Source: Faecousia sp.
Lineage (GTDB): Bacteria > Bacillota > Clostridia > Oscillospirales > Oscillospiraceae
NCBI GenBank assembly: GCA_045653245.1
Contig: JAZOLS010000029.1
Location: 2,190 to 66,189, forward strand
Length of the DNA: 64,000 bases
Direction: 5' to 3'
In this document: positions 55,047 to 64,000 of the stretch, piece by piece
Layout: every line of letters begins with the position of its first letter
How positions within the stretch are numbered: the first letter of the stretch is position 1
Made by a program: the position numbers and the translations under genes
The notes under the pieces: generated by a model
Databases searched by the model: none
The model's input: the letters and a program-made list of their open reading frames with translations, nothing else
Told to the model about the DNA's origin: nothing

Positions 55047-56329
55047 ACCAGTTTCTCATCCAGATACTTTTCCAATGCGGCGATCTTCAGGCAAACGCAG
55101 AACACTTCCATAGCAGCTTCCAGTTCCTCAATAGGAGGATAACTGGGCGCAAGACGGATCATGGAATCTTCCGGGTCAATGCCGTAGGGATGGGTCGCAC
55201 CGGCGGCGGTAAGGGTCACACCCAACTGCTTGCACAGTTCCCAAGTGCGCTTGGCCGTGCCGGGCATAGCAGCCACGCACACAAAGTAGCCACCCAAGGG
55301 ATGGTGCCAATGGGCAATGCCCTTGTTGGTCAGTTCCGCACGGAGCATTTTCAGAACCATACGGAATTTGGGGCGCAGGATCTCTGCATGTTGTTTTGCA
55401 AGTTCCAGGGTGTTGGCTTTATCCTTCAGAAACAATACATGGCGCAGTTGATTGATCTTGTCGTAAGAGATATTCTGTACACCTGCCAGTTTGCTCCAAT
55501 AGGCAATGTTTTCTTCCGAAGATGCAATCACAGAAATGCCTGCACCGGGGAAAGTCAATTTAGAGGTAGACGCGAATTCATAGACCATATTGGGCCGACC
55601 TGCCTGTGCGCACAGGGAGATAATATCCTGGAAAGGCGCGAAGTCACCTTCAAACTCGTGGATGCAGTAGGCATTGTCCCACATGATCACGAAGTCCGGA
55701 GCCGCAGGCTTCAAATTTGCGAAACGCCGAACCGTAAAATCAGAGTAAATATAGCCCTGAGGATTGGAATACTTAGGAACGCACCAAATACCCTTAACAG
55801 AAGGATCCCGGATCAGTTCCTCGATCATGTCCATATCCGGGCCGTCCGGAGTCATGGGAACAGAAATCATCTCAAAACCGAAGGTTTCTGTGATGCGGAA
55901 ATGTCTGTCATAACCGGGCACCGGGCACAGAAATTTCAATTTCTCTTCCTTGCACCAAGGCCGGGGAGAATCCACTAAGCCATGGGTATAGGCACGGGCG
56001 ATCAGATCGTGCATCAGACTCAGGCTGGCATTACCGCCCACAAAAGTCTGTGAGGGCTTACAACCCAAAACATCCGCCCAGTATTTCCGCGCACACTGCA
56101 AACCGGACAGATCACCGTAATTCCGGCAATCATTGCCGTCGATAATACACGCTTGCTTATTATCCAACACAGTCAACAGACCGTTGACCAGATCCAACTG
56201 CGTCTCGCTGGGCTTACCGCGGGACATATCCAACTTCAGATTTTTCTTTTGCAAATCGGCAAATCGTACAAGCATTTTTTGCGCTTCATTTTGCAACTCT
56301 TCCCGATTTCTGCAAGCATAAGCACTCAT
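55043..56329 (-). CDS. PLP-dependent aminotransferase (actinobacterial AspB/Rv3722c-like aspartate aminotransferase type)
   Basis: LDMSRGKP, CPVPGYDRHF, VPKYSNP, WDNAY, STSKLTFPGAG, IRLAPS. Confidence 0.85.
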   Translation of the reverse strand: MSAYACRNREELQNEAQKMLVRFADLQKKNLKLDMSRGKPSETQLDLVNGLLTVLDNKQACIIDGNDCRNYGDLSGLQCARKYWADVLGCKPSQTFVGGNASLSLMHDLIARAYTHGLVDSPRPWCKEEKLKFLCPVPGYDRHFRITETFGFEMISVPMTPDGPDMDMIEELIRDPSVKGIWCVPKYSNPQGYIYSDFTVRRFANLKPAAPDFVIMWDNAYCIHEFEGDFAPFQDIISLCAQAGRPNMVYEFASTSKLTFPGAGISVIASSEENIAYWSKLAGVQNISYDKINQLRHVLFLKDKANTLELAKQHAEILRPKFRMVLKMLRAELTNKGIAHWHHPLGGYFVCVAAMPGTAKRTWELCKQLGVTLTAAGATHPYGIDPEDSMIRLAPSYPPIEELEAAMEVFCVCLKIAALEKYLDEKLV

Positions 56330-56565
56330 TTCCATCATTCCTTCCCAAGAAAATCCATATTTGCTTGGCCTATTATATGTTATCCGCGCAAAAAATGCAA
56401 TATGTAACCGCGAAAATTTCAAAATCTTTTTTATAAATTGGAATTGTATACACATTTTCCCAAGCACTGAAAGACAATCTAGCAACAATACACAAATAAT
56501 CCTTGCTTTTTTCGGGAATATGCCCTAAAATTAAGGCATCATTTTGTTTGAAAGGATGCGTTCAT

Positions 56566-58650
56566 ATGAGTCATATCATCAATGTACCCGAAATATTCGG
56601 CAACGATGTATTTAATGAGGCCACCATGCGTGAACGTTTGGAGCCCGAGACCTATAACGCATGGAAACAGTGCATTTGCACCGGTTCTCCCCTGCCCCTG
56701 GAAGTTGCCAATAAGATCGCAGAGGCGATGAAGACCTGGGCAACGGAAAAGGGTGCCACGCATTATACACACTGGTTCCAGCCCATGACCGGCATCACCG
56801 CCGAAAAGCACGATTCTTTTATTGCGCCCACTGGTGATGGCAGAGTGATTATGGAATTTTCCGGCAGCGAATTGGTTCGTGGCGAACCCGATGCCAGTTC
56901 CTTCCCCTCCGGCGGCCTGCGTGCAACGTTTGAGGCCCGTGGTTACACCGCATGGGACCCCACCGCTTTTGCATTTGTCAAAGACGGCAGTCTGTACATC
57001 CCCACCTGTTTCTTCTCCTATACAGGAGAAGCATTGGATAAAAAGACACCTTTGCTCCGTTCTCTGGACGAGATCTCCAGGGAGGCTGTCCGCATTCTGC
57101 GTCTGTTCGGTGATACCGAGACTCAGCGTGTAAAGGTCTCTGTAGGTCCGGAACAAGAGTATTTTCTCATTCCCAAGTCCCTATATGCTCAGCGGCTTGA
57201 CCTGCGTCTGACCGGCCGTACCCTCTTTGGTGCACCGGCCCCCAAGGGTCAAGAACTTGATGATCACTATTTCGGCACCATCCGCACCCGGGTTTCCAGT
57301 TTTATGAAAGACCTGGATGAACAGTTGTGGCGTCTAGGCATTTTGTCCAAAACCAAACACAACGAAGGTGCCCCCTGCCAACACGAACTGGCACCCATTT
57401 ATTCTGATGCCGGTAACGCCTGTGACTCCAACCAGTTGGTTATGGAGATCATGAAAAAATGTGCCGCCAAGCACGACCTGGTCTGCCTGCTTCACGAAAA
57501 GCCTTTTGCAGGCGTGGCCGGTTCCGGTAAGCACAACAACTGGTCTCTTTGCACAGATTCCGGCAAGAACCTCTTCAAGCCCGGCAGAACGCCGCGGCAG
57601 AATGCCCAGTTCTTAGTATTTCTTGCTGCTTTTATCAAAGGTGTGGATGAATATCAGGACTTCCTGCGGTCCACCGTTGCCTATGCGGGCAACGACCATC
57701 GTCTGGGCATGACGGAAGCCCCCCCGGCGATCATTTCCATCTTCCTGGGCGATGAATTGACCAACGTGGTCAATTCCATCATCAACGGCACCAATTATAC
57801 AGATCCCAAGAAGAGTCTGATGCGCATCGGTGTGGATGTTCTGCCCTCTATCCCCAAGGACACCACTGACCGCAACCGCACCTCTCCCCTGGCATTCACG
57901 GGTAACAAGTTTGAGTTCCGTATGCTGGGCTCCTCCCAGTCCATCGCCGGCCCTAATATTGCGCTGAATACCATCATGGCAGAAGAACTGGGCAAATTCG
58001 CAGATATTTTGGAAAATGCCGAAAACTTTGATACCGCACTACAAAAACTGGTTTGCGATACCTTCACTGCCCATCAGCGGATCATCTTCAACGGCAACGG
58101 CTACTCCGAAGAATGGAAAGCAGAAGCGATGCGTCGGGGTCTAAGCAATCACAGTAATACCGCCCAGTCACTTCCTACTTATGTTTCCCAAAAGAACATA
58201 GATCTTGTTACCAAGCGTGGAATTTTTACAGAAAACGAATTCCGTGCCCGGTATGAGATCCATATGCAGTCCTACACCAAGGTCACTGCCATCGAGGGCC
58301 GCACCTGTGTGGATATGGCCCTGCATCAGATCCTGCCGGCAGCGTTGCGCTACACCCGTGATCTAACCAAGTCCATTCTCGACAAAAAAGCCATCGGCGT
58401 ATCCTGCAAAGCAGAGCAATCCCTTGTGGAACGGCTGAGCACCGCCTGCGACAGCCTGTACGAAAAGGCACGGGATCTATCTGCAAAATTGGCAGTAATC
58501 CCCACGCAGACCGAAGCCGCGGCGGACTATATGAGCAATACCATTCTGCCTGCCATGGCAAGCCTGCGGACAGATGCAGACACTTTGGAGCAACTGACGG
58601 ATAAGTCCTACTGGCCTTATCCCACCTACTCCGATCTGCTGTTCTACTGA
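56566..58650 (+). CDS. glnA: Glutamine synthetase type III
   Basis: THYTHWFQP, AEKHD, EPDASSFPSGGLR.TFEARGY, GPEQEYF, LHEKPF, DRNRTSP.AFTGNKFEFR; start 56566. Confidence 0.93.
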   Translation: MSHIINVPEIFGNDVFNEATMRERLEPETYNAWKQCICTGSPLPLEVANKIAEAMKTWATEKGATHYTHWFQPMTGITAEKHDSFIAPTGDGRVIMEFSGSELVRGEPDASSFPSGGLRATFEARGYTAWDPTAFAFVKDGSLYIPTCFFSYTGEALDKKTPLLRSLDEISREAVRILRLFGDTETQRVKVSVGPEQEYFLIPKSLYAQRLDLRLTGRTLFGAPAPKGQELDDHYFGTIRTRVSSFMKDLDEQLWRLGILSKTKHNEGAPCQHELAPIYSDAGNACDSNQLVMEIMKKCAAKHDLVCLLHEKPFAGVAGSGKHNNWSLCTDSGKNLFKPGRTPRQNAQFLVFLAAFIKGVDEYQDFLRSTVAYAGNDHRLGMTEAPPAIISIFLGDELTNVVNSIINGTNYTDPKKSLMRIGVDVLPSIPKDTTDRNRTSPLAFTGNKFEFRMLGSSQSIAGPNIALNTIMAEELGKFADILENAENFDTALQKLVCDTFTAHQRIIFNGNGYSEEWKAEAMRRGLSNHSNTAQSLPTYVSQKNIDLVTKRGIFTENEFRARYEIHMQSYTKVTAIEGRTCVDMALHQILPAALRYTRDLTKSILDKKAIGVSCKAEQSLVERLSTACDSLYEKARDLSAKLAVIPTQTEAAADYMSNTILPAMASLRTDADTLEQLTDKSYWPYPTYSDLLFY

Positions 58651-58655
58651 TATAA

Positions 58656-58683
58656 AAATCCGGGTCAAACGACCCGGATTTCT
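58656..58683. terminator. Bidirectional terminator
   Basis: AAATCCGGGTC-AAAC-GACCCGGATTT. Confidence 0.8.
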
Positions 58684-59120
58684 TATTTTCCCGTTGAACC
58701 GAAGCCGCCTGTGCCGCGGCTGGTGTCCGTAAGTTCTTCCATCTCTTCATAAGCAGGTGTCAGCACCGGCGTGATCACAAGTTGTGCAATACGCTCACCG
58801 GGGGCAACCGTCTGATCCACTTTACCGTGGTTATGCAGGACAACAGAGATTTCACCCCGATAGTCGCTGTCGATCACACCAACCTTGTTGGCTGGAGCAA
58901 GGCCGCGCTTTGCTCCCAAACTGCTCCGGGCATACACAAGTCCTGCACAGCCTTTGGGAACTTCCATGGCGATGCCTGTGGGGATAAACACAGTCTCCCC
59001 TGCACCGATGGTCACGGGTGCATCCAGACAGGCATACAGATCCGCACCTGCCGCTTCCGCAGAACCGTAGGTGGGCAAAATAGCATTCGGTCTGACTCTT
59101 TTTACTGCAATGGAACTCAT
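58683..59120 (-). CDS. dut: dUTP diphosphatase (trimeric)
   Basis: AAGADL, RSS, GVIDSDYRG, RIAQL, RGTGGFGSTG. Confidence 0.95.
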   Translation of the reverse strand: MSSIAVKRVRPNAILPTYGSAEAAGADLYACLDAPVTIGAGETVFIPTGIAMEVPKGCAGLVYARSSLGAKRGLAPANKVGVIDSDYRGEISVVLHNHGKVDQTVAPGERIAQLVITPVLTPAYEEMEELTDTSRGTGGFGSTGK

Positions 59121-59650
59121 ATGTGCATCCCCTTATCTTCCCAAAGTATCACATTTCCTGCCCGTAACGATGCAGGAACATCGATCAATCGCTGATTTTC
59201 TGATCCGCGAAACCGCAGATTCAAATTCTTCTTTTCTTCCATAAACGGCCCATCCACCAGAACATCCAGGTAACTGAGATACTCTTTAGTGATTTGCCAA
59301 TCACCAAGCGTGCCGGATATGATCTTCTCAAACTGATAACCGGAAAAAGCCCAAATGTTTTTATTTGGCATTTCCGCTTTAATCCTGTAAAGCAGCTGTA
59401 CAATCGCCTCTTGGTTTTGCGGCTCAAAGGGCTCACCGCCCAAAAGGGTCAAGCCTTTGATATAATCCGGGCGAAGCATATCCAAAATGGATTGGATGGT
59501 TTCCTCTGTAAAGGGTGTGCCGTATTCAAAATCCCAGGCCACCTCATTGAAACAGCCTTTGCAACGGTGGGTACAGCCGGATACGAACAAACTTACACGC
59601 ACACCGGGCCCGTTGGCAATATCGCAATTTTTGATGGTCGCGTAATGCAC
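59117..59650 (-). CDS. nrdG: Anaerobic ribonucleotide reductase activating enzyme
   Basis: DIANGPGVRVSLFVSGCTHRCKGCFN, LLGGEP, LVDGPF, RGSENQR; GTG start; promoter TTGCGT-17-TATAAT at 59680..59708. Confidence 0.93.
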   Translation of the reverse strand: MHYATIKNCDIANGPGVRVSLFVSGCTHRCKGCFNEVAWDFEYGTPFTEETIQSILDMLRPDYIKGLTLLGGEPFEPQNQEAIVQLLYRIKAEMPNKNIWAFSGYQFEKIISGTLGDWQITKEYLSYLDVLVDGPFMEEKKNLNLRFRGSENQRLIDVPASLRAGNVILWEDKGMHI

Positions 59651-59700
59651 AGCCTCACCCTCTTCCAAAAAGTGATGTCATTATATCACAGAAACCGACA

Positions 59701-60627
59701 TTACGCAACGGCTACTGCCAGATATTCTTCGATTTCGTGGGCAGCAACCGCGCCATCTGCCGTTGCCGTAACGATTTGCCGAACAGCCTTGGTGCGAACA
59801 TCCCCAACAGCATACACACCGGGAAGATTCGTTGCGGTAGACTCCCCTGCTACGATGTAGCCGGCTTCATCCAGCTGCAACTGCCCTTCAAATAGTGTCG
59901 TTGCCGGGGTCCTGCCAATACTGATGAACACTGCGTCACAGGAGATATTTTCGCTTTCCCCCGTAACGTTGTTACGGACTATAACGCCCTCTACACGATC
60001 GCCGTGCACCAGGGAGGTCACTTCACTGTTCCAGCGAAATTCCAGGTTTTCAGCCTGTTGGAGTGGCTCATGATAGATTTTGGATGCCCGGAGGGTATCT
60101 CTACGGTGAACTAGGATCACCTTTTTGGCAACCCGGGACAACACCAGCGCATCCGCTACTGCAGAATTGCCTCCACCAACCAAAACCACTGTCTTGCCCC
60201 GATAGAACATCCCATCGCAGGCAGCGCAGTAATGCACACCCCGTCCGGTCAGCTCCTGTTCCATGGGAAACCCCAGTTTCCGGGGATTTGCGCCGGTGGC
60301 GACGATGACGGTGCGTCCGAAAAATATGCCCTGATCCGTATGCAATTCTTTAATTTCCTTATTCAATTTTACGGATTGCACATCCGCATACACGGTTTCT
60401 GCACCGAAGCGCTCCGCGCCCTTTTGCATCCGAATGCCAAGGTCAAAGCCATCCACACCCTCATCAAAGCCGGGATAATTATCCACCTGATGAGTCAAAG
60501 CCATCTGACCGCCTGCGGCCAATCGCTCCAAAACCGCCACCTGCAAACCTGCGCGGGCTGCGTACATTGCCGCTGTGTAACCAGCCGGGCCTCCGCCCAG
60601 CACCAAAACATCATATACCTTTTCCAT
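59701..60627 (-). CDS. trxB: Thioredoxin reductase
   Basis: GGGPAG, NYPG, YCAACDG, GGGNSA, HRRD, AVGD; start 60627. Confidence 0.95.
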   Translation of the reverse strand: MEKVYDVLVLGGGPAGYTAAMYAARAGLQVAVLERLAAGGQMALTHQVDNYPGFDEGVDGFDLGIRMQKGAERFGAETVYADVQSVKLNKEIKELHTDQGIFFGRTVIVATGANPRKLGFPMEQELTGRGVHYCAACDGMFYRGKTVVLVGGGNSAVADALVLSRVAKKVILVHRRDTLRASKIYHEPLQQAENLEFRWNSEVTSLVHGDRVEGVIVRNNVTGESENISCDAVFISIGRTPATTLFEGQLQLDEAGYIVAGESTATNLPGVYAVGDVRTKAVRQIVTATADGAVAAHEIEEYLAVAVA

Positions 60628-60651
60628 ATCCTTACCTCCTGTTTTTTCTTC

Positions 60652-60693
60652 AGTATACCCGAAAAATAAGGAGTTTACTGTGATATTGTCACC
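60652..60693 (-). promoter_or_regulatory. trxB promoter with palindromic activator site
   Basis: GGTGACAATATCACA-21-TATACT; no good -35. Confidence 0.65.
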
Positions 60694-60699
60694 TTCTTG

Positions 60700-60785
60700 T
60701 GTCATTGCGAACCAGTGCGAACACTGGTGTGGCAATCCCCATCGTACCAGGAGATTGCCACGTCGCTTCGCTCCTCGCAATGACA
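60700..60785. repeat. Inverted pair of (C/T)GTC-type REP-like elements
   Basis: TGTCATTGCGAACCAGTG..CACTGGTGTGGCAATCCC ... GAGATTGCCACGTCGCTTCGCTCCTCGCAATGACA. Confidence 0.85.
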
Positions 60786-60800
60786 TTATAATAACGAAAC

Positions 60801-60825
60801 AGCCCACTGCCGCAGCAGTGGGCTT
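60801..60825 (-). terminator. trxA terminator
   Basis: AGCCCACTGC-CGCA-GCAGTGGGCT followed by GUUU on the minus strand. Confidence 0.7.
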
Positions 60826-60833
60826 TACGGTAT

Positions 60834-61142
60834 TTACGGAAGCATCGCAAGGATCTGTGCCTTGGATTTTGCGCCGGTGGACTGGGTTACCACCTTGCCA
60901 TCTTTCAGCACCACCAGGGTCGGAATGCTGTAAACCTGGAATTTCGTTGCAAGTTCCGTCTGGGCATCCACATCCACCTTTCCGACGACGATGTGCTCAT
61001 TTTCCTCAGCGATCTCATCGATGATCGGGCCTACCATCCGGCAAGGTCCGCACCAAGAGGCGAAGAAGTCCAGCAGAACGACCTTTTCGCTTTTCGTAAC
61101 TTCCTTTTCGAAATTTTCCTTCGTGATATTCAGAACTGACAT
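60834..61142 (-). CDS. trxA: Thioredoxin
   Basis: DFFASWCGPC, SIPT. Confidence 0.96.
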   Translation of the reverse strand: MSVLNITKENFEKEVTKSEKVVLLDFFASWCGPCRMVGPIIDEIAEENEHIVVGKVDVDAQTELATKFQVYSIPTLVVLKDGKVVTQSTGAKSKAQILAMLP

Positions 61143-61175
61143 CTTTTTGTCCTCCTTGTTTTGTGTTGTGTCCTT

Positions 61176-61217
61176 ATCTTACCCCAAAAAATGGAGGACT
61201 TCTGTGACAATATCACA
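61176..61217 (-). promoter_or_regulatory. trxA promoter with palindromic activator site
   Basis: TGTGATATTGTCACA-21-TAAGAT; no good -35. Confidence 0.65.
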
Positions 61218-61218
61218 T

Positions 61219-63063
61219 TTATCCGATTTTCTGAACTTTGAAATAATCCGGGCCGAGGACATACAGACACTTATCAATAACTACACCACGGAAATCATCC
61301 AACTCACTGATTGAATACCCACTTGTCGTTTCGGCATATGCCAGCAGGTTCAGCTGATAACCGTCGAATTGCAGCAGAATATAGCCATTGCCTGTTGGAA
61401 TGCCGAATAGGTTATTCTCCCGGTCGATATAATAGGCCTTGTAGTCAATGGCAAATCTGTCCACCTTGATATACTCACAAACCGATGCTACTCCGTTTTC
61501 TGTTTCTTCGTAAATTTCTACTTTCAGATTCCGTTTGTCATTATAGCCAATGCCCATGAGGAATCCGTCTTTCAGTTGAATCAGCGAACTGGAATAGCCA
61601 TCGATGATGCCGGTATCCTTTACAATGATATTGTTAATATCGGTCATGTCAAAGAAGAACACCGGATCAGTCAGTGTCACTACAACTGCAGTACAGACAT
61701 AGGCATAATCTCCGTCAAAGCGGACAGATTCCACGGTTTCTCCCTCCGGAGCAAACTGTTCTACCTGTGCCACCTGCTCCCATGTACCAACTTTGAAACA
61801 GGTCAGGTTTGCATTGCGCTCTTCCACTTTAACGGTGGTGTATCCGGTTTCGTGGGTAAGCATTTGCCTGCGAGTGGTAGCGGTTACCACTCGGAACACG
61901 TCATTATGCTCATCCATGCTGTACTGATTTTTAACAGTACCTTCCACGCCGAAAGTACCTGCCAGTGCCAGACCGTTTTCGCCATATCCCATACAAGAAA
62001 TCTCAGTCATAGCCTTAATAACGGTATTGGTATCGTCGACCTTTACCTCATTTGTATAACTGCGGGTGGCATAGATGCGCTCTTGAGATACATAGAGTTC
62101 TGTGGAATAGGACATGAATGCACCGCTGTCTAAAATTGTCATATCCTTGCCATCCAGCAAAGTCACAACGGTATATGTTCTATCAGACAGCTTCCCGGGA
62201 ACAACAATATTTTCAGCAGGAACTGTTTGTATATCCTCGGGCACACCGTACTGAGGCAGGAATGTGGATTCGTCCTCAAAATCGACATTGTTATCCATGC
62301 GGTACTGCGCCATCAAAAGCATCTGATCCCCAACCATCCGGGTAGACAGCAGGCTGCCGGTAACATACAGACAATTTGCTTCTTTTATGTTAGCAGGGTC
62401 CGTCACATCCAGAGAAATGACTTGGACAAATGCGGACTTCTTGTCCTTTGCAAACACATCACCAAAACCGGAAATCACCAGATTGATCCGGGTAGCATCT
62501 GCGGACAAATACATTTCTGTGCTGTAATAGTATACACTCTGATCCGTATTCAAGCACCAGGTATTCAGCAGCTGGGTATCCAGCCCTGCAATAGGGTAAA
62601 CCTCAAGTGTATTGTTCTTCAGATAAAAGATATGAGTCTGACTGCGTTTGATAATGTCCGCTTCCAAGACACCTGCCACTTGATGGTCTGTGATCTCAAC
62701 AGAGCCGTTAGTATTCTCATCCAAATCTACATCCGGCGTTACACCAGGTGCCATGGACTCAACATTTTGCGGTGGCATCATTTCCGCTTTGTCACTGCCA
62801 ACTAACATATCCTCCTCCATAATCCACCAATAATCTTCCTCATCGCGATTGGGGAAATCTCGGTTGATTGCTTCAATGACTTTGATATATTCACTGTCGG
62901 CGTACATGCTGATATCGTTTTTGTCCGTAAAATACGGAAGTACCAGTCCCACAATAACGCAAATGCAAAGCGCACCGGCTGTTGCCATCAGAGACTTGCG
63001 CTGGATTTGTTTTTTCTTGAGCTTACCCTGGACGGCCTGCATCCTTTCTTCATATGTCTTCAT
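61219..63063 (-). CDS. Membrane-anchored beta-propeller protein (Beta_propel-like), probable anti-sigma factor
   Basis: Short basic N-terminus, one TM, TDHQVAGVLEADIIK, NQYSMDEH, ESVRF, DPVFFFD, GYSS.L; overlaps ECF stop. Confidence 0.8.
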   Translation of the reverse strand: MKTYEERMQAVQGKLKKKQIQRKSLMATAGALCICVIVGLVLPYFTDKNDISMYADSEYIKVIEAINRDFPNRDEEDYWWIMEEDMLVGSDKAEMMPPQNVESMAPGVTPDVDLDENTNGSVEITDHQVAGVLEADIIKRSQTHIFYLKNNTLEVYPIAGLDTQLLNTWCLNTDQSVYYYSTEMYLSADATRINLVISGFGDVFAKDKKSAFVQVISLDVTDPANIKEANCLYVTGSLLSTRMVGDQMLLMAQYRMDNNVDFEDESTFLPQYGVPEDIQTVPAENIVVPGKLSDRTYTVVTLLDGKDMTILDSGAFMSYSTELYVSQERIYATRSYTNEVKVDDTNTVIKAMTEISCMGYGENGLALAGTFGVEGTVKNQYSMDEHNDVFRVVTATTRRQMLTHETGYTTVKVEERNANLTCFKVGTWEQVAQVEQFAPEGETVESVRFDGDYAYVCTAVVVTLTDPVFFFDMTDINNIIVKDTGIIDGYSSSLIQLKDGFLMGIGYNDKRNLKVEIYEETENGVASVCEYIKVDRFAIDYKAYYIDRENNLFGIPTGNGYILLQFDGYQLNLLAYAETTSGYSISELDDFRGVVIDKCLYVLGPDYFKVQKIG

Positions 63064-63595
63064 AAGTGATTCCCACCTTTTCAAGCAAAGATTTCAGAGA
63101 TTGCTTCGCCCGGGCAAGCAGATTATACACCTGTTTTTTCGACCGGGACATGATGGCGCAAACTTCCTCGGGAGAAAAGCCGTCAAAATAGGTAAGCGTC
63201 AACACCTGGCGGTACTGCAACGGCAGTTCCTGCAAGCAGGCAAACACCGCCCGGTCGCGCTCCTTTTTGATAGCGTCCCCCTCCAGATCCCCTGCCGAGA
63301 GCACACCCTCCACATCCTCCAGTGGAACAGTCTTCCGATGGAAGCGCAGATAATTCAGGCACCGATGGCGAACGGCCTTGCAAAGATATGCTTTGAAATG
63401 GGCCTCATCATTAAACCTTCTGTCCCTGATCAGCACATCTGCCAGCGCATCTTCCATCAGTTCCTCAGCTACCGATGCACTCCCCACAAAACTGCATGCA
63501 AAGCGCACCAAAGGGTCTGAATATGTACGGATAATCGTTTCCAGAGAAACAGCTTCCGTTTCTCCGAAACCAATTTTTATACCGAATTGGGCCAT
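63050..63595 (-). CDS. ECF RNA polymerase sigma factor
   Basis: Region 2 (AEELMED...FKAYL..VRHRCLNYLR) and region 4 (LP..YR.V..L.YF.GFS.EE..V...L.RAK); ATG after GAGGTG. Confidence 0.9.
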   Translation of the reverse strand: MAQFGIKIGFGETEAVSLETIIRTYSDPLVRFACSFVGSASVAEELMEDALADVLIRDRRFNDEAHFKAYLCKAVRHRCLNYLRFHRKTVPLEDVEGVLSAGDLEGDAIKKERDRAVFACLQELPLQYRQVLTLTYFDGFSPEEVCAIMSRSKKQVYNLLARAKQSLKSLLEKVGITYEDI

Positions 63596-63731
63596 CACGA
63601 TCACCTCTTCACCCTTATAACAACCGAAGGGCAGAAATTACTCACTAAAATTTTCAAAAAATTCATGAGATTGGATTCATTTTAAGTATAATATAGACAC
63701 AAAATAATTTCAACCATTCTTAAATGTCCCA

Positions 63732-63795
63732 GCGGACGTGCAATGCACGCCCCTACATATTGCCTTAAATGGTAGGGGCGACCATTGGTCGTCCG
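63732..63795. repeat. Inverted pair of GTAG-type REP elements
   Basis: Minus GTAGGGGCGTGCATTGCACGTCCGC and plus GTAGGGGCGACCATTGGTCGTCCG, 15 nt apart. Confidence 0.75.
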
Positions 63796-63866
63796 AAATA
63801 TTCCGCTGACTTGCATTTTCGTTAGAATTGGGTATAATAAATTCAGAAATTAGAAAGGAATTTTTT

Positions 63867-64000
63867 ATGTTCGGATATTATTACGGTTTTGATCTGACAT
63901 ACCTCGTGCTGGTGCTTCCCTGCGTCATTTTGGCCATGATCGCCAGTGCCAGAGTAAACTCTACCTTTAAGCGCTATTCCCAGGAACATTCGTACCGCCG
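63867..64000 (+). CDS. YugP-like membrane zinc metallopeptidase (N-terminus only)
   Basis: RBS GAAAGGA; MFGYYYGFDLTYLVLVLPCVILAMIASARVNSTFKRYS; promoter TTGCAT-16-TATAAT at 63811..63838; HExxH lies beyond the window. Confidence 0.7.
   Translation, partial: MFGYYYGFDLTYLVLVLPCVILAMIASARVNSTFKRYSQEHSYR

Noticed and set aside
56380-56520. CodY or nitrogen-regulator site between aminotransferase and glnA
   Set aside because: AT-rich, but only poor matches to known consensus sequences.
59117-59650. nrdG without adjacent nrdD
   Set aside because: Separation of nrdD and nrdG is common; cannot be judged from one window.
60628-60807. 59-aa N-terminal extension of TrxB in the ORF track
   Set aside because: It is translated REP and promoter sequence; RBS GGAGG supports the start at 60627.

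Overview
A 64-kb core-chromosome segment of an anaerobic spore-forming Clostridia-class bacterium. Oscillospiraceae-like is an inference from gene content and repeats, not a database result. Housekeeping genes: addAB, ispE, rlmH, rsmE, thiI, cinA/pncC, comM, nifJ, metA, a complete aro-tyrA-pheA operon, type III glutamine synthetase, dut, nrdG, trxB/trxA and tRNA-Ser(UGA). These are interleaved with dispersed sporulation genes (spoVAD/AE, spoIIR, spoIIID, spoIID, asnO-like, a split sleC locus) carrying recognisable sigF/E/G/K-type promoters. I see no prophage, IS transposase, CRISPR array or defence island. The main interest lies in non-coding and small-ORF sequence the ORF track misses. (1) A guanine-type (C74) purine riboswitch wired as a transcriptional ON switch, ahead of a 77-aa three-helix membrane protein and a uridine-kinase-like protein: a candidate nucleoside uptake-and-trap module. 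(2) A complete ribosome-mediated attenuator with a Phe/Tyr-rich 21-aa leader peptide before the aro operon. (3) A 40-aa, 85% Gln/Asn microprotein behind a forespore-type promoter. (4) A SleC cortex hydrolase split into separate genes at about the pro-region cleavage point. (5) A shared TGTGA-N5-TCACA site identically placed before trxA and trxB. (6) Several REP-like palindromic repeat families. All family assignments come from motifs recognised by eye; no searches were run.
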